The notes below the pieces were generated by a model. It was not told the origin of the DNA. It saw only the letters and a list, made by a program, of their open reading frames with translations, and did not search any database. Position numbers and translations under genes: made by a program. This document shows, in pieces, positions 49,991-59,455 of a stretch of DNA of 64,000 nucleotides. The stretch is from NCBI GenBank assembly GCA_965204205.1, contig OZ241976.1, positions 2,343,333 through 2,407,332 of the forward strand, given 5' to 3'. The number at the start of each line of letters is the position of its first letter. Positions within the stretch are counted from its first letter, which is position 1. The DNA comes from an uncultured Candidatus Binatia bacterium. GTDB taxonomy: Bacteria > Desulfobacterota > Binatia > UBA9968 > JAJDTQ01.

Positions 49991-50584
49991 CTACCCCTCG
50001 TCTCCGGGATAGCGGCTCAGGGACTCCTCGTCCCACCGGTGGAACATGTCGGTCTCGATCTCGAACTGGTCCAGGATGCGCGCCACGGTCTGGTTGATGA
50101 CGTCGTCCAGGGTCTTGGGGCGGTGGTAGAAGGCCGGCACGGGCGGAAAGATCACCGCGCCCATGCGGGTGAGCTGGGCCATGCTTTCCAGGTGGCCCAG
50201 GTGGAGCGGAGTCTCCCGGGCCACCAGCACGAGCTTCTTCCGCTCCTTGAGGATCACGTCGGAAGCGCGCACCAGCAGGTCGCCCCCCACCGACAGCACG
50301 ATGCCGCCCATGGACTTCATGGAGCACGGCGCGATGACCATGCCGGCGGTGCGGAAGGATCCGCTGGCGATGCTGGCGCCGATATTGTTGATATCGTGCA
50401 CTACGTCGGCCAGCCCCTCCACTTCCTTCACCGAGTGCGGCGTCTCCACCTGGGCGGTCATCTTGGCGGCCTTGCTCATCACCAGGTGGGTCTCGACGTC
50501 CGGCATCCTCGCCAGCACCTGGAGAATGCGGATCCCGTAGATGGATCCGGTGGCCCCTGACATGCCTACGATGAGACGACGCAT
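49991..50584 (-). CDS. ubiX: Flavin prenyltransferase UbiX
   Basis: N-terminus MRRLIVGMSGATGSIYG and 197 aa, as in canonical UbiX/Pad1. TAGGAGGT RBS. Confidence 0.9.
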   Translation of the reverse strand: MRRLIVGMSGATGSIYGIRILQVLARMPDVETHLVMSKAAKMTAQVETPHSVKEVEGLADVVHDINNIGASIASGSFRTAGMVIAPCSMKSMGGIVLSVGGDLLVRASDVILKERKKLVLVARETPLHLGHLESMAQLTRMGAVIFPPVPAFYHRPKTLDDVINQTVARILDQFEIETDMFHRWDEESLSRYPGDEG

Positions 50585-50597
50585 ACTGACTTACCTC

Positions 50598-51023
50598 CTA
50601 ACCGTCGAACACCACGGTCAACTCGTCCCCGTCCCGCACCGAGTGGGCCTGCTTGAACGAAACCGCGGCGATGAGCTCCAGCTTGTCGGCCGGGTATTCC
50701 GCCACCTCCGGCACCACCACCGCGACACGCTCCCGCGCTCTCGCGCCGGACTCCCATCCCTGGACAAAGCCCGTGAACAGGAAGGCGTTGCAGAAACCCG
50801 GATCCGGCGCCGGCAGGACGAACTTGCCGGCGTGTCGCCGGACCTCGCCCCACCGGGTGAGGTCGGCGCCGTCGGCGCGAATATTCAGCGTGCCGGGATA
50901 GGGATCGAAGCCCACGCGCTCGCGGATGGCCTTCCGCACCCAGTCGATGCCCACGAACGCCCCGGCCCGGCCCAGGTCCGAGAACACCACCCCTCTCACC
51001 CGGTTGTCGCGGGAACCGTTCAC
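50598..51023 (-). CDS. DUF120 / CTP-dependent riboflavin kinase-like protein (archaeal-type RFK fold)
   Basis: 142 aa. The motif GVVFSDLGRAGAFVGIDWV...GFDPYPGTLNI matches my recollection of the PF01982 PGTLN signature. GTG start overlaps the upstream xdhC stop (GTGA). Confidence 0.5.
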   Translation of the reverse strand: MNGSRDNRVRGVVFSDLGRAGAFVGIDWVRKAIRERVGFDPYPGTLNIRADGADLTRWGEVRRHAGKFVLPAPDPGFCNAFLFTGFVQGWESGARARERVAVVVPEVAEYPADKLELIAAVSFKQAHSVRDGDELTVVFDG

Positions 51024-51793
51024 TTGTTGCCGGAGAGGGACCGCGCCTTGCCGCCGCGCCGGACCTTGATGACCTCGCCCAGGATACCCAGCGCGATCTC
51101 CTCCGGAGTCTCGGTGGCGATGTCGAGCCCGATGGGCGCATACACCCGGGAGATGAGCTCCTCGGAAACGTGCTCCTCCTCCTTGAAGCGCTCGAAGCAG
51201 GCCTTGATGCGCCGCTTGCTGCCGATCATGCCGATGTACTTGGCCGGGCGGTCCAGCAGCTCGCGCAGACACGGCTCGTCGTACTTGTGGCCGCGGGTGA
51301 TGAGCACCACGTAGGTGGTCGGCGTGATGTCCATCTCCTTCACGGTCTCGGCCATGTCCCCCACCACCACCTCGTCGGCGTCGGGGAACCGCTCGCGGTT
51401 GGCGAAGAGGATGCGGTCGTCGATGACCACCACGTGGTAGTCCATGAGCTTGGCGATCCTGACCAGGGGCACGGCGATGTGGCCCGCTCCGACCACGACC
51501 AGCTTCGGCGGGGACGGCATGGCCTCGAAAAAGACGTCCGCCTGGCCTCCCGTCGAGGTCTCCACCGACACCAGCCGGGAGCGCTCTTCCGAGAGCCGCT
51601 CCGCCGCCTCCTGCAGCAGCGTCCGTTCGAGCTCCGCGTCGTTCACCTCTCCCAGAACGATGCGGCCGTCCCGGATGAGGCACTTGGCGCCGCTGTCGAA
51701 GCCGTCGAGGCCCTCGGACTCCACCACGGTAACGAGCACGGCGCCCGCGCCTTCGCTCTTGATCCTGATCAGCTCTTCAACCAGCGCGTCCAT
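51020..51793 (-). CDS. XdhC-family molybdenum-cofactor insertion chaperone, C-terminal (Rossmann-like) half
   Basis: Motif VVVGAGHIAVPLVRIAKLMDYHVVVIDDR, typical of XdhC_C. Confidence 0.8.
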   Translation of the reverse strand: MDALVEELIRIKSEGAGAVLVTVVESEGLDGFDSGAKCLIRDGRIVLGEVNDAELERTLLQEAAERLSEERSRLVSVETSTGGQADVFFEAMPSPPKLVVVGAGHIAVPLVRIAKLMDYHVVVIDDRILFANRERFPDADEVVVGDMAETVKEMDITPTTYVVLITRGHKYDEPCLRELLDRPAKYIGMIGSKRRIKACFERFKEEEHVSEELISRVYAPIGLDIATETPEEIALGILGEVIKVRRGGKARSLSGNK

Positions 51794-51835
51794 TCATCGT
51801 GACCCTGTCACTCACCGGCCATCCGGCGCGGTAAC

Positions 51836-52165
51836 TCAATCGCCTTCCTGGTCCTTCCACCACGGATCGATGAAGACGTTCATGATGCCGCCGCACACCG
51901 CCGGGCTGTCGGACGAAATATCGTCCAAAAGGTCCACGCGCACGGTGCGTGGCTTGCGGGTCCGCACCACCTCGATGGCCTCGCGCCGGACGTCGGCCTC
52001 GCCGCATCCGCCGCCGATGGTGCCGAGGATCTCGCCCCACGCCGTCACCACCATCTTGGCCCCGACCTCCCGCGGCGTCGAGCCCTTGGTGGAGACGATG
52101 GTGGCCACCGCCACGGTCTCGCCCTTTTCGAGGAACTCCTTCACGTCGTCGTAGATGTCTTCCAT
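51836..52165 (-). CDS. XdhC/CoxI N-terminal domain protein (split XdhC)
   Basis: 109 aa with the motif ATIVSTKGSTPREVGAKMVV...GTIGGGC, typical of the XdhC_CoxI domain. Encoded separately from the C-terminal half. AAGGAGG RBS. Confidence 0.7.
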   Translation of the reverse strand: MEDIYDDVKEFLEKGETVAVATIVSTKGSTPREVGAKMVVTAWGEILGTIGGGCGEADVRREAIEVVRTRKPRTVRVDLLDDISSDSPAVCGGIMNVFIDPWWKDQEGD

Positions 52166-52245
52166 CGATGCCTCCTTGCGGCGTTCCGCCTGCTCCGCGA
52201 GCCTGGCGGCCTCCGAGAAAGTAACGCCATTTCTCGGATCATCTC

Positions 52246-53466
52246 CTACGCCACCAGCCTGCGCATGGTGTGGCCGAGATGGACCAGGCTGTTGGCGTTG
52301 TGCGCCGACAGGAACAGGTCCAGGTACGGCAGCGCCGCCTGCATGCCCTTGCACAAAGGCTCGTAGTTCTCGCTGGCCAGCAACGGATTGAGCCAGATCA
52401 TCTTGCCGCAGCGCCGCTTGAGGGCCTGCATCTGCCGCTCCAGCACCCCCACGTCGCCCCGGTCCCAGCCGTCGCTGATGATGACCACCACGGTGCGGTG
52501 GGTGACCATGCTGACCGCGAAGTCGCGGTTGAAGATCTCCAGCGAGCGCCCGATGTTGGTGCCCCCGGACCAGCCCAGCACGCTCTTGGAGATCTTCTCC
52601 AGGGCGTTGCCGATGTTCTTGGTGCGGATCAGGTGCGTGATGCGGCTCAGGGTGGTGCTGAAGACGAAGGTCTCCACGCCCCACAGCTCGTTCTGCAGGC
52701 CGTACATGAACTGGATCAGGAAGCGGCTGTAGCAGTCCATGGAGCCGCTCACGTCGCACAGCAGCACCACCCGCGTCTTCTTGATGCGGCGCTTGCGCGC
52801 CACCAACTCCACCAGCTCGCCGCCGTACTTGATGTTGCGGCGCATGGTGCCGCGGGGGTCGATCTCGGTGCCCCGCCGCGCGCGCTTCTTGCGCCGGCTC
52901 ACCTGGGTGGCGATCTTCGAGGCGATGAGCAGGATGGCCTGGGTCACGGCCCGGCTCTCCTCGATGCCCATCTCGCTGAAGTCCTTCTCGTTGAGCTGCT
53001 CGTTGGGACTGTAGGTGGGCACCATCAGCGGGTCGGGGTCGTCGGGCCCCTGGTCGTTGGCCCCCTCCTGCTCGGTCAGGGTCTCTTCCACCGTGCCGCT
53101 GCCGTCGTCGGATGAATCCAGCGCCTCGTCCGGACTCTGGGCCGGGACCTCCATGGTCTCGATGCCTTCTTCGATCTCCATGTCGCCCTGCCAGAAGGCG
53201 TCGAACACCTGGTCGAAGAGCTCGAGGTCCTCGTGGTCGTGCAGCAGGTTGGCGGCCAGCGCCCGGTGGAAGTCCGGCCGGCTCTGGATGTCGATGAGCG
53301 GCAGCGAGCGGTTGGCGTCGATGACCTGGCTCAGGCCGAGGCGGAAACCCAGGTCCTTGAGCACCCGGCCGAACATCAACATGTTCGCCAGCGTGCCCTG
53401 TCCGCGCAAGGGCTTGTAGCGCTCCACCGCGCGGACGATGTCTTGTTCGTTCAGCTCTCTCGCCAT
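52246..53466 (-). CDS. coxE: VWA-domain protein CoxE-like
   Basis: C-terminal VWA/MIDAS motif LLCDVSGSM. Acidic low-complexity central linker. Adjacent to the MoxR ATPase, as in cox accessory clusters. Confidence 0.8.
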   Translation of the reverse strand: MARELNEQDIVRAVERYKPLRGQGTLANMLMFGRVLKDLGFRLGLSQVIDANRSLPLIDIQSRPDFHRALAANLLHDHEDLELFDQVFDAFWQGDMEIEEGIETMEVPAQSPDEALDSSDDGSGTVEETLTEQEGANDQGPDDPDPLMVPTYSPNEQLNEKDFSEMGIEESRAVTQAILLIASKIATQVSRRKKRARRGTEIDPRGTMRRNIKYGGELVELVARKRRIKKTRVVLLCDVSGSMDCYSRFLIQFMYGLQNELWGVETFVFSTTLSRITHLIRTKNIGNALEKISKSVLGWSGGTNIGRSLEIFNRDFAVSMVTHRTVVVIISDGWDRGDVGVLERQMQALKRRCGKMIWLNPLLASENYEPLCKGMQAALPYLDLFLSAHNANSLVHLGHTMRRLVA

Positions 53467-53585
53467 GCTCCGTCCCTGTTACATGCTCCCCGTTCGTCCC
53501 GAGCCCTTCGTACAGGCCTGTCCTGGGCTTGTCGAAGGGCTCGGGACAGGCTTCGCGAAGCGAAGTCGAAGGGCATGACGGACTC

Positions 53586-54512
53586 CTATCCCTGCCCGCC
53601 CACCACCGTGGCCGGCTCCTTCAGGATGCGGTCCATGTCGAGCTTGTCGCCGGAGATCTCTTCCTCCAGGTGGTGCAGGTCCTCCCGGTACTTGAACACG
53701 CAGCCCACCGTCTCCTTCACGGTCTCCGGGTCCAGCTCGGCCCGGTTCAGGAGCAGCAGCGCCGACGCCCAGTCCAGGGTCTCGGCCACGCCCGGCCGCT
53801 TGTAGAAGTTCATCTGCCGCACCTGCTGCATGAACGCGCAGATCTGCTCGGCCATGAGCCTCTGGATCTCCGGGTGCTTGGTCATGATGATCTCGTACTC
53901 CTTCTCGAAAGTGGGGTACTCGATCCAGTGGTAGAGGCAGCGGCGCTTCAGCGCGTCGTGGATCTCCCGGGTGCGGTTGGAGGTCAGGAACACGTAGGGC
54001 CGCTTCTGCGCCTGGATGGTGCCCACCTCCGGAATGCTGATCTGGAAGTCCGACAGCACCTCCAGGAGGAACGCCTCGAACTCCATGTCCGCGCGGTCGA
54101 TCTCGTCGATGAGCAGCACCGGGGGCTCGGCGCCGTCGGTGCGGATGGCGTCCAGCAGCGGCCGGCTGATGAGGTACTCCTCCGAGAAAATCTCGGTCTC
54201 CACCGACTCGCGGTCCCGGGAGCCGATCTCCTCCAGCTTGATGCGCAGCATCTGCTTGGGGTAGTTCCACTCGTAGAGCGCGGTGTTGGAGTCCAGACCT
54301 TCGTAGCACTGGAGCCGGATCAGCCGGGTCTGGAGAACGTCCGCAAGCACCTTGGCGATCTCGGTCTTGCCCACGCCCGCCTCCCCTTCCAGCAGGATGG
54401 GCTTCCCCAGCCGCACCGAGAGGTAGACCACGGTGGCGAGGCTCCGGTCGCAAATATACTTGCGCTCCCTCAGGGAATCCCGGATCGATTCGACGGAAAT
54501 GCTGTCCAGATT
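53586..54512 (-). CDS. coxD: MoxR-family AAA+ ATPase (CoxD-like)
   Basis: Walker A GEAGVGKT, Walker B LLIDEIDRA. 308 aa from MNLDSISVE. Confidence 0.85.
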   Translation of the reverse strand, partial: NLDSISVESIRDSLRERKYICDRSLATVVYLSVRLGKPILLEGEAGVGKTEIAKVLADVLQTRLIRLQCYEGLDSNTALYEWNYPKQMLRIKLEEIGSRDRESVETEIFSEEYLISRPLLDAIRTDGAEPPVLLIDEIDRADMEFEAFLLEVLSDFQISIPEVGTIQAQKRPYVFLTSNRTREIHDALKRRCLYHWIEYPTFEKEYEIIMTKHPEIQRLMAEQICAFMQQVRQMNFYKRPGVAETLDWASALLLLNRAELDPETVKETVGCVFKYREDLHHLEEEISGDKLDMDRILKEPATVVGGQG

Positions 54513-54600
54513 CATGCGTATCCCTTCTTCGCGGACGGCCCCGTGATCTTGTGATTGCTTTTGATACGCGGCGGCGGCCACATGGACCGTGCGCGGCGGC

Positions 54601-54933
54601 TTACTTGTTCTCGGCGAGCTGCCGTTTCCACCCCAGGGTCCTGGCCTTGGCGCCGACGGCTTCGGCCTCCTCGATCATCCCCTTGCGCTGGTAGAAGATG
54701 GAAAGGCTCGTGTAGGCCAACTCATCGTCGGGGCTCACCTCGATCAGACGCTTGCCCACCTCGATGGCCTCATCCAGACGGTCGGTATTCGCGTACGCCA
54801 TCCCCAGGGCGTGCAGCGCGTCCGCATAGTCGGGGTCGTCGGCCAAAGCCTTGTTGTAAGACTCGATGGCCTCGTCCACCCGGTCGTCGGCATACGCCTC
54901 CATGCCCTGGATGTAATGGTCCTCTTTCGTCAT
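54601..54933 (-). CDS. Tetratricopeptide-repeat protein
   Basis: 110 aa, three TPR-like repeats (AYANTDRLDEAIEVGKRLIEVSPDD...). Confidence 0.65.
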   Translation of the reverse strand: MTKEDHYIQGMEAYADDRVDEAIESYNKALADDPDYADALHALGMAYANTDRLDEAIEVGKRLIEVSPDDELAYTSLSIFYQRKGMIEEAEAVGAKARTLGWKRQLAENK

Positions 54934-55076
54934 CGGGTTTCACCCAATGGACCTAATCTGTATTACGAAATCGTGATATTCTCAACCGAACGCGCGGGGC
55001 GAAGTGGCCGGCGTCCCGGCGCCGATGCCCCGACCCGCGGCCTCACGAAAGCCACATCGACCCGGAGGACCCCTTC

Positions 55077-56174
55077 ATGGCGGAAGCCGCAACTCTCGAA
55101 GAAATCAAGGACCGCATCCGCAAGCGCGTGGGCAGGCGGAGCCCGTTCCACCTGATGGATGCGGCGGAAGCCGAAGGCGTGCTGGCCGAGCTCAGCAGCC
55201 TCGAAGCCGACGCCTGGGCGGAAGCCTGGAGCAGACCCGGCGCACGCTGGCAGAAGACCGCGAAGGAAGCAGAGGAAAAGGGAAACGCCGATGAGGCCAG
55301 GGACGCCTACTTCCAGGCCGCCGCCTTCTACGGCACCGGCCGCCATCCCTTCCCCAGCTCTCCCGGCAAGCAGGAAGCCTACCGCAAGACCATCGAGAAC
55401 TACCTCGCCGCGGCGCGCTACTTCGATCCTCCGCTGGAGCGCATCGCCCTCCCCTTGCGGGACAAGGACGTGGTGGGCTACCTGCGCCTGCCCGCCAAAC
55501 GGCCGGCACCGCTGATCATGCACTGGGGAGGCATCGACAACTGGAAGGAGGATCGCCACAACTTCGTGGAGTCCATGCTCGCCGAGGACTGGGGCTGCTT
55601 CATCATGGACAGCCCCGGCACCGGAGAGTCGCCGGTGCCGGCGTCGGATACCGCCCACGAGGTCTACAGCACCGCGCTGCACTACCTTGCCACCCGGCCC
55701 GAGGTAGACCCGGCCCGCATCGCCGCCCTGGGCGCCAGCTTCGGCGGCTACTGGTCCACCAAGCTGGCCCACGTGGAGCCCGACCGGCTGTGCGCCGCGG
55801 TCAACTGGGGCGGCGGCATCCATGGCTTCTTCCAGCCCGAGTGGCAGCAGCGGTCCCGCAACGCCTCGTCCTACCTCTTCGACCTCATCGAGGCCCGCGC
55901 CAACCTCTTCGGCAAGCGGACCTTCGAGGAGCTGTGCGAGGTCATGCCCATCCTCTCCCTCAAGGACCAGGGTCTGCTCGACAAGCCCTGCGCCCCCATG
56001 CTGCTGGTCAACGGCAAGGACGACCTCCAGGTCCCCATCGACGACTTCTTCATGCTGCTGGAGTGCGGCAGCCCCAAGGCCATGCGCCTCTTCCCCGGCG
56101 GCCACATGGGCGAGTCCCCGGACGTGTTCCCGACGATACTGCGGTGGCTGCATAGAGAGCTGGACGGGGAGTGA
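55077..56174 (+). CDS. Alpha/beta hydrolase (FrsA/DUF1100-like esterase)
   Basis: GASFGG nucleophile elbow, a C-terminal D and H (GGHMGE). GGAGGA RBS. A decayed duplicate of its last roughly 190 bp lies at 60833..61025. Confidence 0.75.
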   Translation: MAEAATLEEIKDRIRKRVGRRSPFHLMDAAEAEGVLAELSSLEADAWAEAWSRPGARWQKTAKEAEEKGNADEARDAYFQAAAFYGTGRHPFPSSPGKQEAYRKTIENYLAAARYFDPPLERIALPLRDKDVVGYLRLPAKRPAPLIMHWGGIDNWKEDRHNFVESMLAEDWGCFIMDSPGTGESPVPASDTAHEVYSTALHYLATRPEVDPARIAALGASFGGYWSTKLAHVEPDRLCAAVNWGGGIHGFFQPEWQQRSRNASSYLFDLIEARANLFGKRTFEELCEVMPILSLKDQGLLDKPCAPMLLVNGKDDLQVPIDDFFMLLECGSPKAMRLFPGGHMGESPDVFPTILRWLHRELDGE

Positions 56175-56235
56175 ACGGACACCGTGGACCCTGGCAAGGC
56201 AAGCATGAACGCGCACGTTGCTGGAAAGGCGAAGA

Positions 56236-57537
56236 CTAGCAGGTTGTTGAAAAGGTCCGTCTGACGCGGGTACATATTTTGTATGTTCGTACTGGGACGG
56301 AGGAGTCGATGAGAGGCACTGATCCGCGTCAAGAAGGCATGTTCAGCTATGTGTCGCCGGAAGCCCGTGTTCCCAAGGACCATCCGTTGCGACCGATCCG
56401 GGAGATGGTGAACCGGGCGCTGGAAGATCTGTCCGGGGAGTTGGAGGCGATGTACTCGCACACGGGGCGGCCTTCGATCGCGCCGGAACAGTTGCTGCGG
56501 GCGTTGCTGTTGCAGGTGCTTTACTCGATCCGCAGCGAACGGCTGTTGGTGGAGCAACTGGACTACAATCTTTTGTTCCGTTGGTTTGTGGGACTGTCGA
56601 TGGACGAGGCGATGTGGGACCACTCGACGTTCACGAAGAACCGGGAGCGGTTGATCGGCTCGGACATCGCCCGGGAGTTCTTTGCGAAGATCCTGGTGCA
56701 GGCGCGTGACGCCCGGCTCTTGTCGGATGAGCACTTCAGCGTGGATGGCACGCTGCTGGAGGCGTGGGCGTCGATGAAGTCGTTTCGCCCCAAGGGGGGC
56801 GCGGGACCGCAGGGCGGCGGCGGGCGCAACGCCGAGGAGGACTTTCGGGGGGAGAAGCGCAGCAATGCGACCCATGAGTCTACCACCGATCCGCAGGCAC
56901 GGCAGTACCGCAAGGGCAAGGGGCAGGAGGCGAAGTTGTGCTACCTGGGGCATGCCTTGATGGACAACCGCCATGGACTGATCGTCGATACGCGCACCAC
57001 CCAGGCCAGCGGACGGGCTGAGCGGGAGTCGGCGCTGGCCATGATCGAGGCGCGACCCGGCAAGGGCCGGCTCACCGTGGGTGCGGACAAGGGGTACGAT
57101 ACCCGTGACTTTGTCGAGGGGTTGCGCTGGGCGAACGCGAGTCCTCATGTGGCACAGAACGACACCAACCGGCGTTCGGCCATTGATGGCCGCACCACCC
57201 GCCACCCTGGCTACGCTCACAGCCAACGGGTGCGCAAGCGGATCGAGGAAGCCTTCGGATGGGCCAAGACCGTCGGCGGGTTGCGCAAGCTCAAGCATCG
57301 GGGGCTTCCGAAGGTGGGCTTCCAGTTCACCCTGACCTTCGCGGCCTACAATCTGGTGCGGCTGCGCACCTTGGGAGTGGGCACGTGACCACACTTCCTG
57401 TGGAGGCGTGCGTCTGCGCCACGGTCGTTGGCATGAAAAGGCGTGCGAATGACCTCTATCCCAGCCCGTCGAGGGTCCGATTCCCTTTGCATCAGTCACC
57501 AACACTCAAATCCGTGGGTTTTTCCACGGCCTGCTAG
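56236..57537 (+). mobile_element. IS5-family insertion sequence, copy B (inverted relative to copy A)
   Basis: Same termini as copy A, with CTAG at 56236-56239 and 57534-57537. One mismatch to copy A over the 80-bp left end compared. Confidence 0.85.
56279..57388 (+). CDS. IS5-family DDE transposase
   Basis: 369 aa. About nine residue differences from the copy at 2285..3394. Confidence 0.9.
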   Translation: MYVRTGTEESMRGTDPRQEGMFSYVSPEARVPKDHPLRPIREMVNRALEDLSGELEAMYSHTGRPSIAPEQLLRALLLQVLYSIRSERLLVEQLDYNLLFRWFVGLSMDEAMWDHSTFTKNRERLIGSDIAREFFAKILVQARDARLLSDEHFSVDGTLLEAWASMKSFRPKGGAGPQGGGGRNAEEDFRGEKRSNATHESTTDPQARQYRKGKGQEAKLCYLGHALMDNRHGLIVDTRTTQASGRAERESALAMIEARPGKGRLTVGADKGYDTRDFVEGLRWANASPHVAQNDTNRRSAIDGRTTRHPGYAHSQRVRKRIEEAFGWAKTVGGLRKLKHRGLPKVGFQFTLTFAAYNLVRLRTLGVGT

Positions 57538-57597
57538 CAGTCCCGCACCTACCCGTGGGGACTCTCCGCACATAGGTCTTGCAGAAAGGTGACCCTG

Positions 57598-58965
57598 ATG
57601 GAGCAAATCACCCTCAAGAATTTCCGTTGCTTCCGAGAAGAACAAAACGTCCGTTTGGCTCCGCTCACACTGCTGGTAGGCGAGAACAGCACTGGAAAGA
57701 CATCCTTCATGGCCATGATTCGGACGTTGGCCGATGTCGCGTATTCCCATCGTGTACCGGATTTCAAGGAAGAACCCTACGACCTTGGTAGCTTTGACGA
57801 GATTGCTCACCACCGGGGTGGTAGAGGCGGTCGGGCAGAAGCCTTCGAAGGAGGGTTCAACGTCGCCTCAAGGACTGGAGCCGGCACAGGACACGAAACG
57901 GCCCACCGCCAACCCTATGCCTTTGCGGCAACTTTCCAGAAAAAGGGGACCGCACCGACGCCGGTGAAAATGCGGCTATCTCACGCAAACGTATGGGTCG
58001 AGGTGAGTCTGGAGGGCAGTGAGTGGCAAGTCCGCTTCGGAACGGCCAAGGGGGCCTGGCAATCTTCCCATCCCCTTCCCAACGTGTTGGAGGGCGAATA
58101 TGGTTTGGGTATACCCCTGTTCTATTTCCTCAGTCTAAGGGCAACATTTGAGGACCGTGAAAGCAAACCTCGTCCGACCGAGATGCACGTCGGCGAATCA
58201 CCTACCACCGAAGATCATCAACAGGTCACGCGGCTTGTTGAGAGCTATAGACGTGCCGCCTATAGCTACGACGAAGACAGACCTTACGCCAGCGCTCCGG
58301 TTCGTTCCACGCCACAGAGGACTTACAATCCCTCCCGTCCGACACGAGATCCAGAAGGCGACTACATTCCTATGTATCTTGCCAGAATGTACTTCCAGGA
58401 CCAAAGCAAGTGGAAACATCTACGAAATGCGCTTGAGAATTTTGGGGAGGCAGCGGGTCTGTTTGATGAAATATCCATCAAGCAACTAGGACGAAGGGAC
58501 AGTGAGCCCTTTCAAGTACAGATCAGGAAATCCGGCACCAAGCGCAAGGGGCCTCCACGCAACCTTATCGACGTAGGATACGGTGTCAGCCAAGTACTAC
58601 CGGTGATCACAGAACTACTACGCTCGGATGCTCCGTCTATGTTCTTGCTGCAACAACCCGAAGTTCATCTTCACCCCAGCGCTCAGGCGGCGCTAGGTAG
58701 TCTTTTCTGCCAAATCGCCTCGCCGGACCGTAAGTTGGTCGTCGAGACACATAGCGACCACCTCCTTGATAGAGTCCGTATGGACGTTCGTGACAGCAAA
58801 GGATCGCTGAGACCGGACGACGTTTCAATCCTGTTCTTTGAACGCGGTGACTTGGAAGTAAACATCCATTCCCTACGGCTTGACCAAGAGGGGAATGTTC
58901 TAGACGCACCGCCCAACTACCGAAAATTCTTTTTGCAAGAAACTCAGCGTTCTTTGGGAATGTGA
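57598..58965 (+). CDS. ABC/AAA_21-type (OLD/SMC-like) ATPase with long insert between Walker A and Walker B and a short C-terminal tail domain
   Basis: N-terminus MEQITLKNFRCF. Walker A GENSTGKTS. Walker B/D-loop LLQQPEVHLHP. H-loop ETHSDHLL. RBS AAAGGTGA before ATG 57598 (an alternative GTG lies at 57589). Visibly lower GC than the flanks. Confidence 0.8.
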   Translation: MEQITLKNFRCFREEQNVRLAPLTLLVGENSTGKTSFMAMIRTLADVAYSHRVPDFKEEPYDLGSFDEIAHHRGGRGGRAEAFEGGFNVASRTGAGTGHETAHRQPYAFAATFQKKGTAPTPVKMRLSHANVWVEVSLEGSEWQVRFGTAKGAWQSSHPLPNVLEGEYGLGIPLFYFLSLRATFEDRESKPRPTEMHVGESPTTEDHQQVTRLVESYRRAAYSYDEDRPYASAPVRSTPQRTYNPSRPTRDPEGDYIPMYLARMYFQDQSKWKHLRNALENFGEAAGLFDEISIKQLGRRDSEPFQVQIRKSGTKRKGPPRNLIDVGYGVSQVLPVITELLRSDAPSMFLLQQPEVHLHPSAQAALGSLFCQIASPDRKLVVETHSDHLLDRVRMDVRDSKGSLRPDDVSILFFERGDLEVNIHSLRLDQEGNVLDAPPNYRKFFLQETQRSLGM

Positions 58966-59444
58966 GCATGTGCGGAATCGTTGATGCGGACATCGCCCCT
59001 GAAGTGTTCGGGTCTAATCCCACTGAGGCTGGCGTGAAGTTCCTTGAGTGGCTTATTTCCGGACCCGGCAACTTGGTTGTGGGTGGCAAATTGCTGGACG
59101 AACTCCTCAAGACGCCAGCGACAAACTGGCTACCGCAACTCCAACTCGCTGGGAGAATGACTACCAAGAACAAGACTGATGTAAGCGAACGAACAGATCA
59201 GCTCTTAAGAGATCGCTCTTGTAAGTCGAATGACGCGCATGTAATTGCCTTGGCCCAGATCAGCGGCGCGCGCCTATTGTACACGGATGACGGTAAGTTG
59301 ATAGAGGACTTCAAAAATCGGCGCTTAATCGTCGGTCCACAGGGCAAAATATACCCCGCACGTGGAGATGGGAGGTTTCGTGACGGGAGCTTCAGTAAAA
59401 GTCACGAACGGCTCCTGAAACAGAAAAATTTGTGCCACGGGTAA
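58962..59444 (+). CDS. Small protein with putative PIN-like nuclease fold, translationally coupled to the ATPase
   Basis: GTG start overlaps the ATPase stop (GTGA); an alternative ATG lies at 58968. Acidic residues at positions typical of a PIN domain (IVDADI; E about 20; NDAHVIALA; LLYTDDGKL). Not verified by search. Confidence 0.5.
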   Translation: MSMCGIVDADIAPEVFGSNPTEAGVKFLEWLISGPGNLVVGGKLLDELLKTPATNWLPQLQLAGRMTTKNKTDVSERTDQLLRDRSCKSNDAHVIALAQISGARLLYTDDGKLIEDFKNRRLIVGPQGKIYPARGDGRFRDGSFSKSHERLLKQKNLCHG

Positions 59445-59455
59445 AGGGCTCCACT

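Noticed and set aside
57589-57597. GTG at 57589 as the ATPase start (as in the ORF track)
   Set aside because: The ATG at 57598 is preceded by AAAGGTGA at a proper spacing. It also yields the canonical MEQITLKNF N-terminus of AAA_21-type ATPases. The GTG would put the RBS inside the coding sequence.
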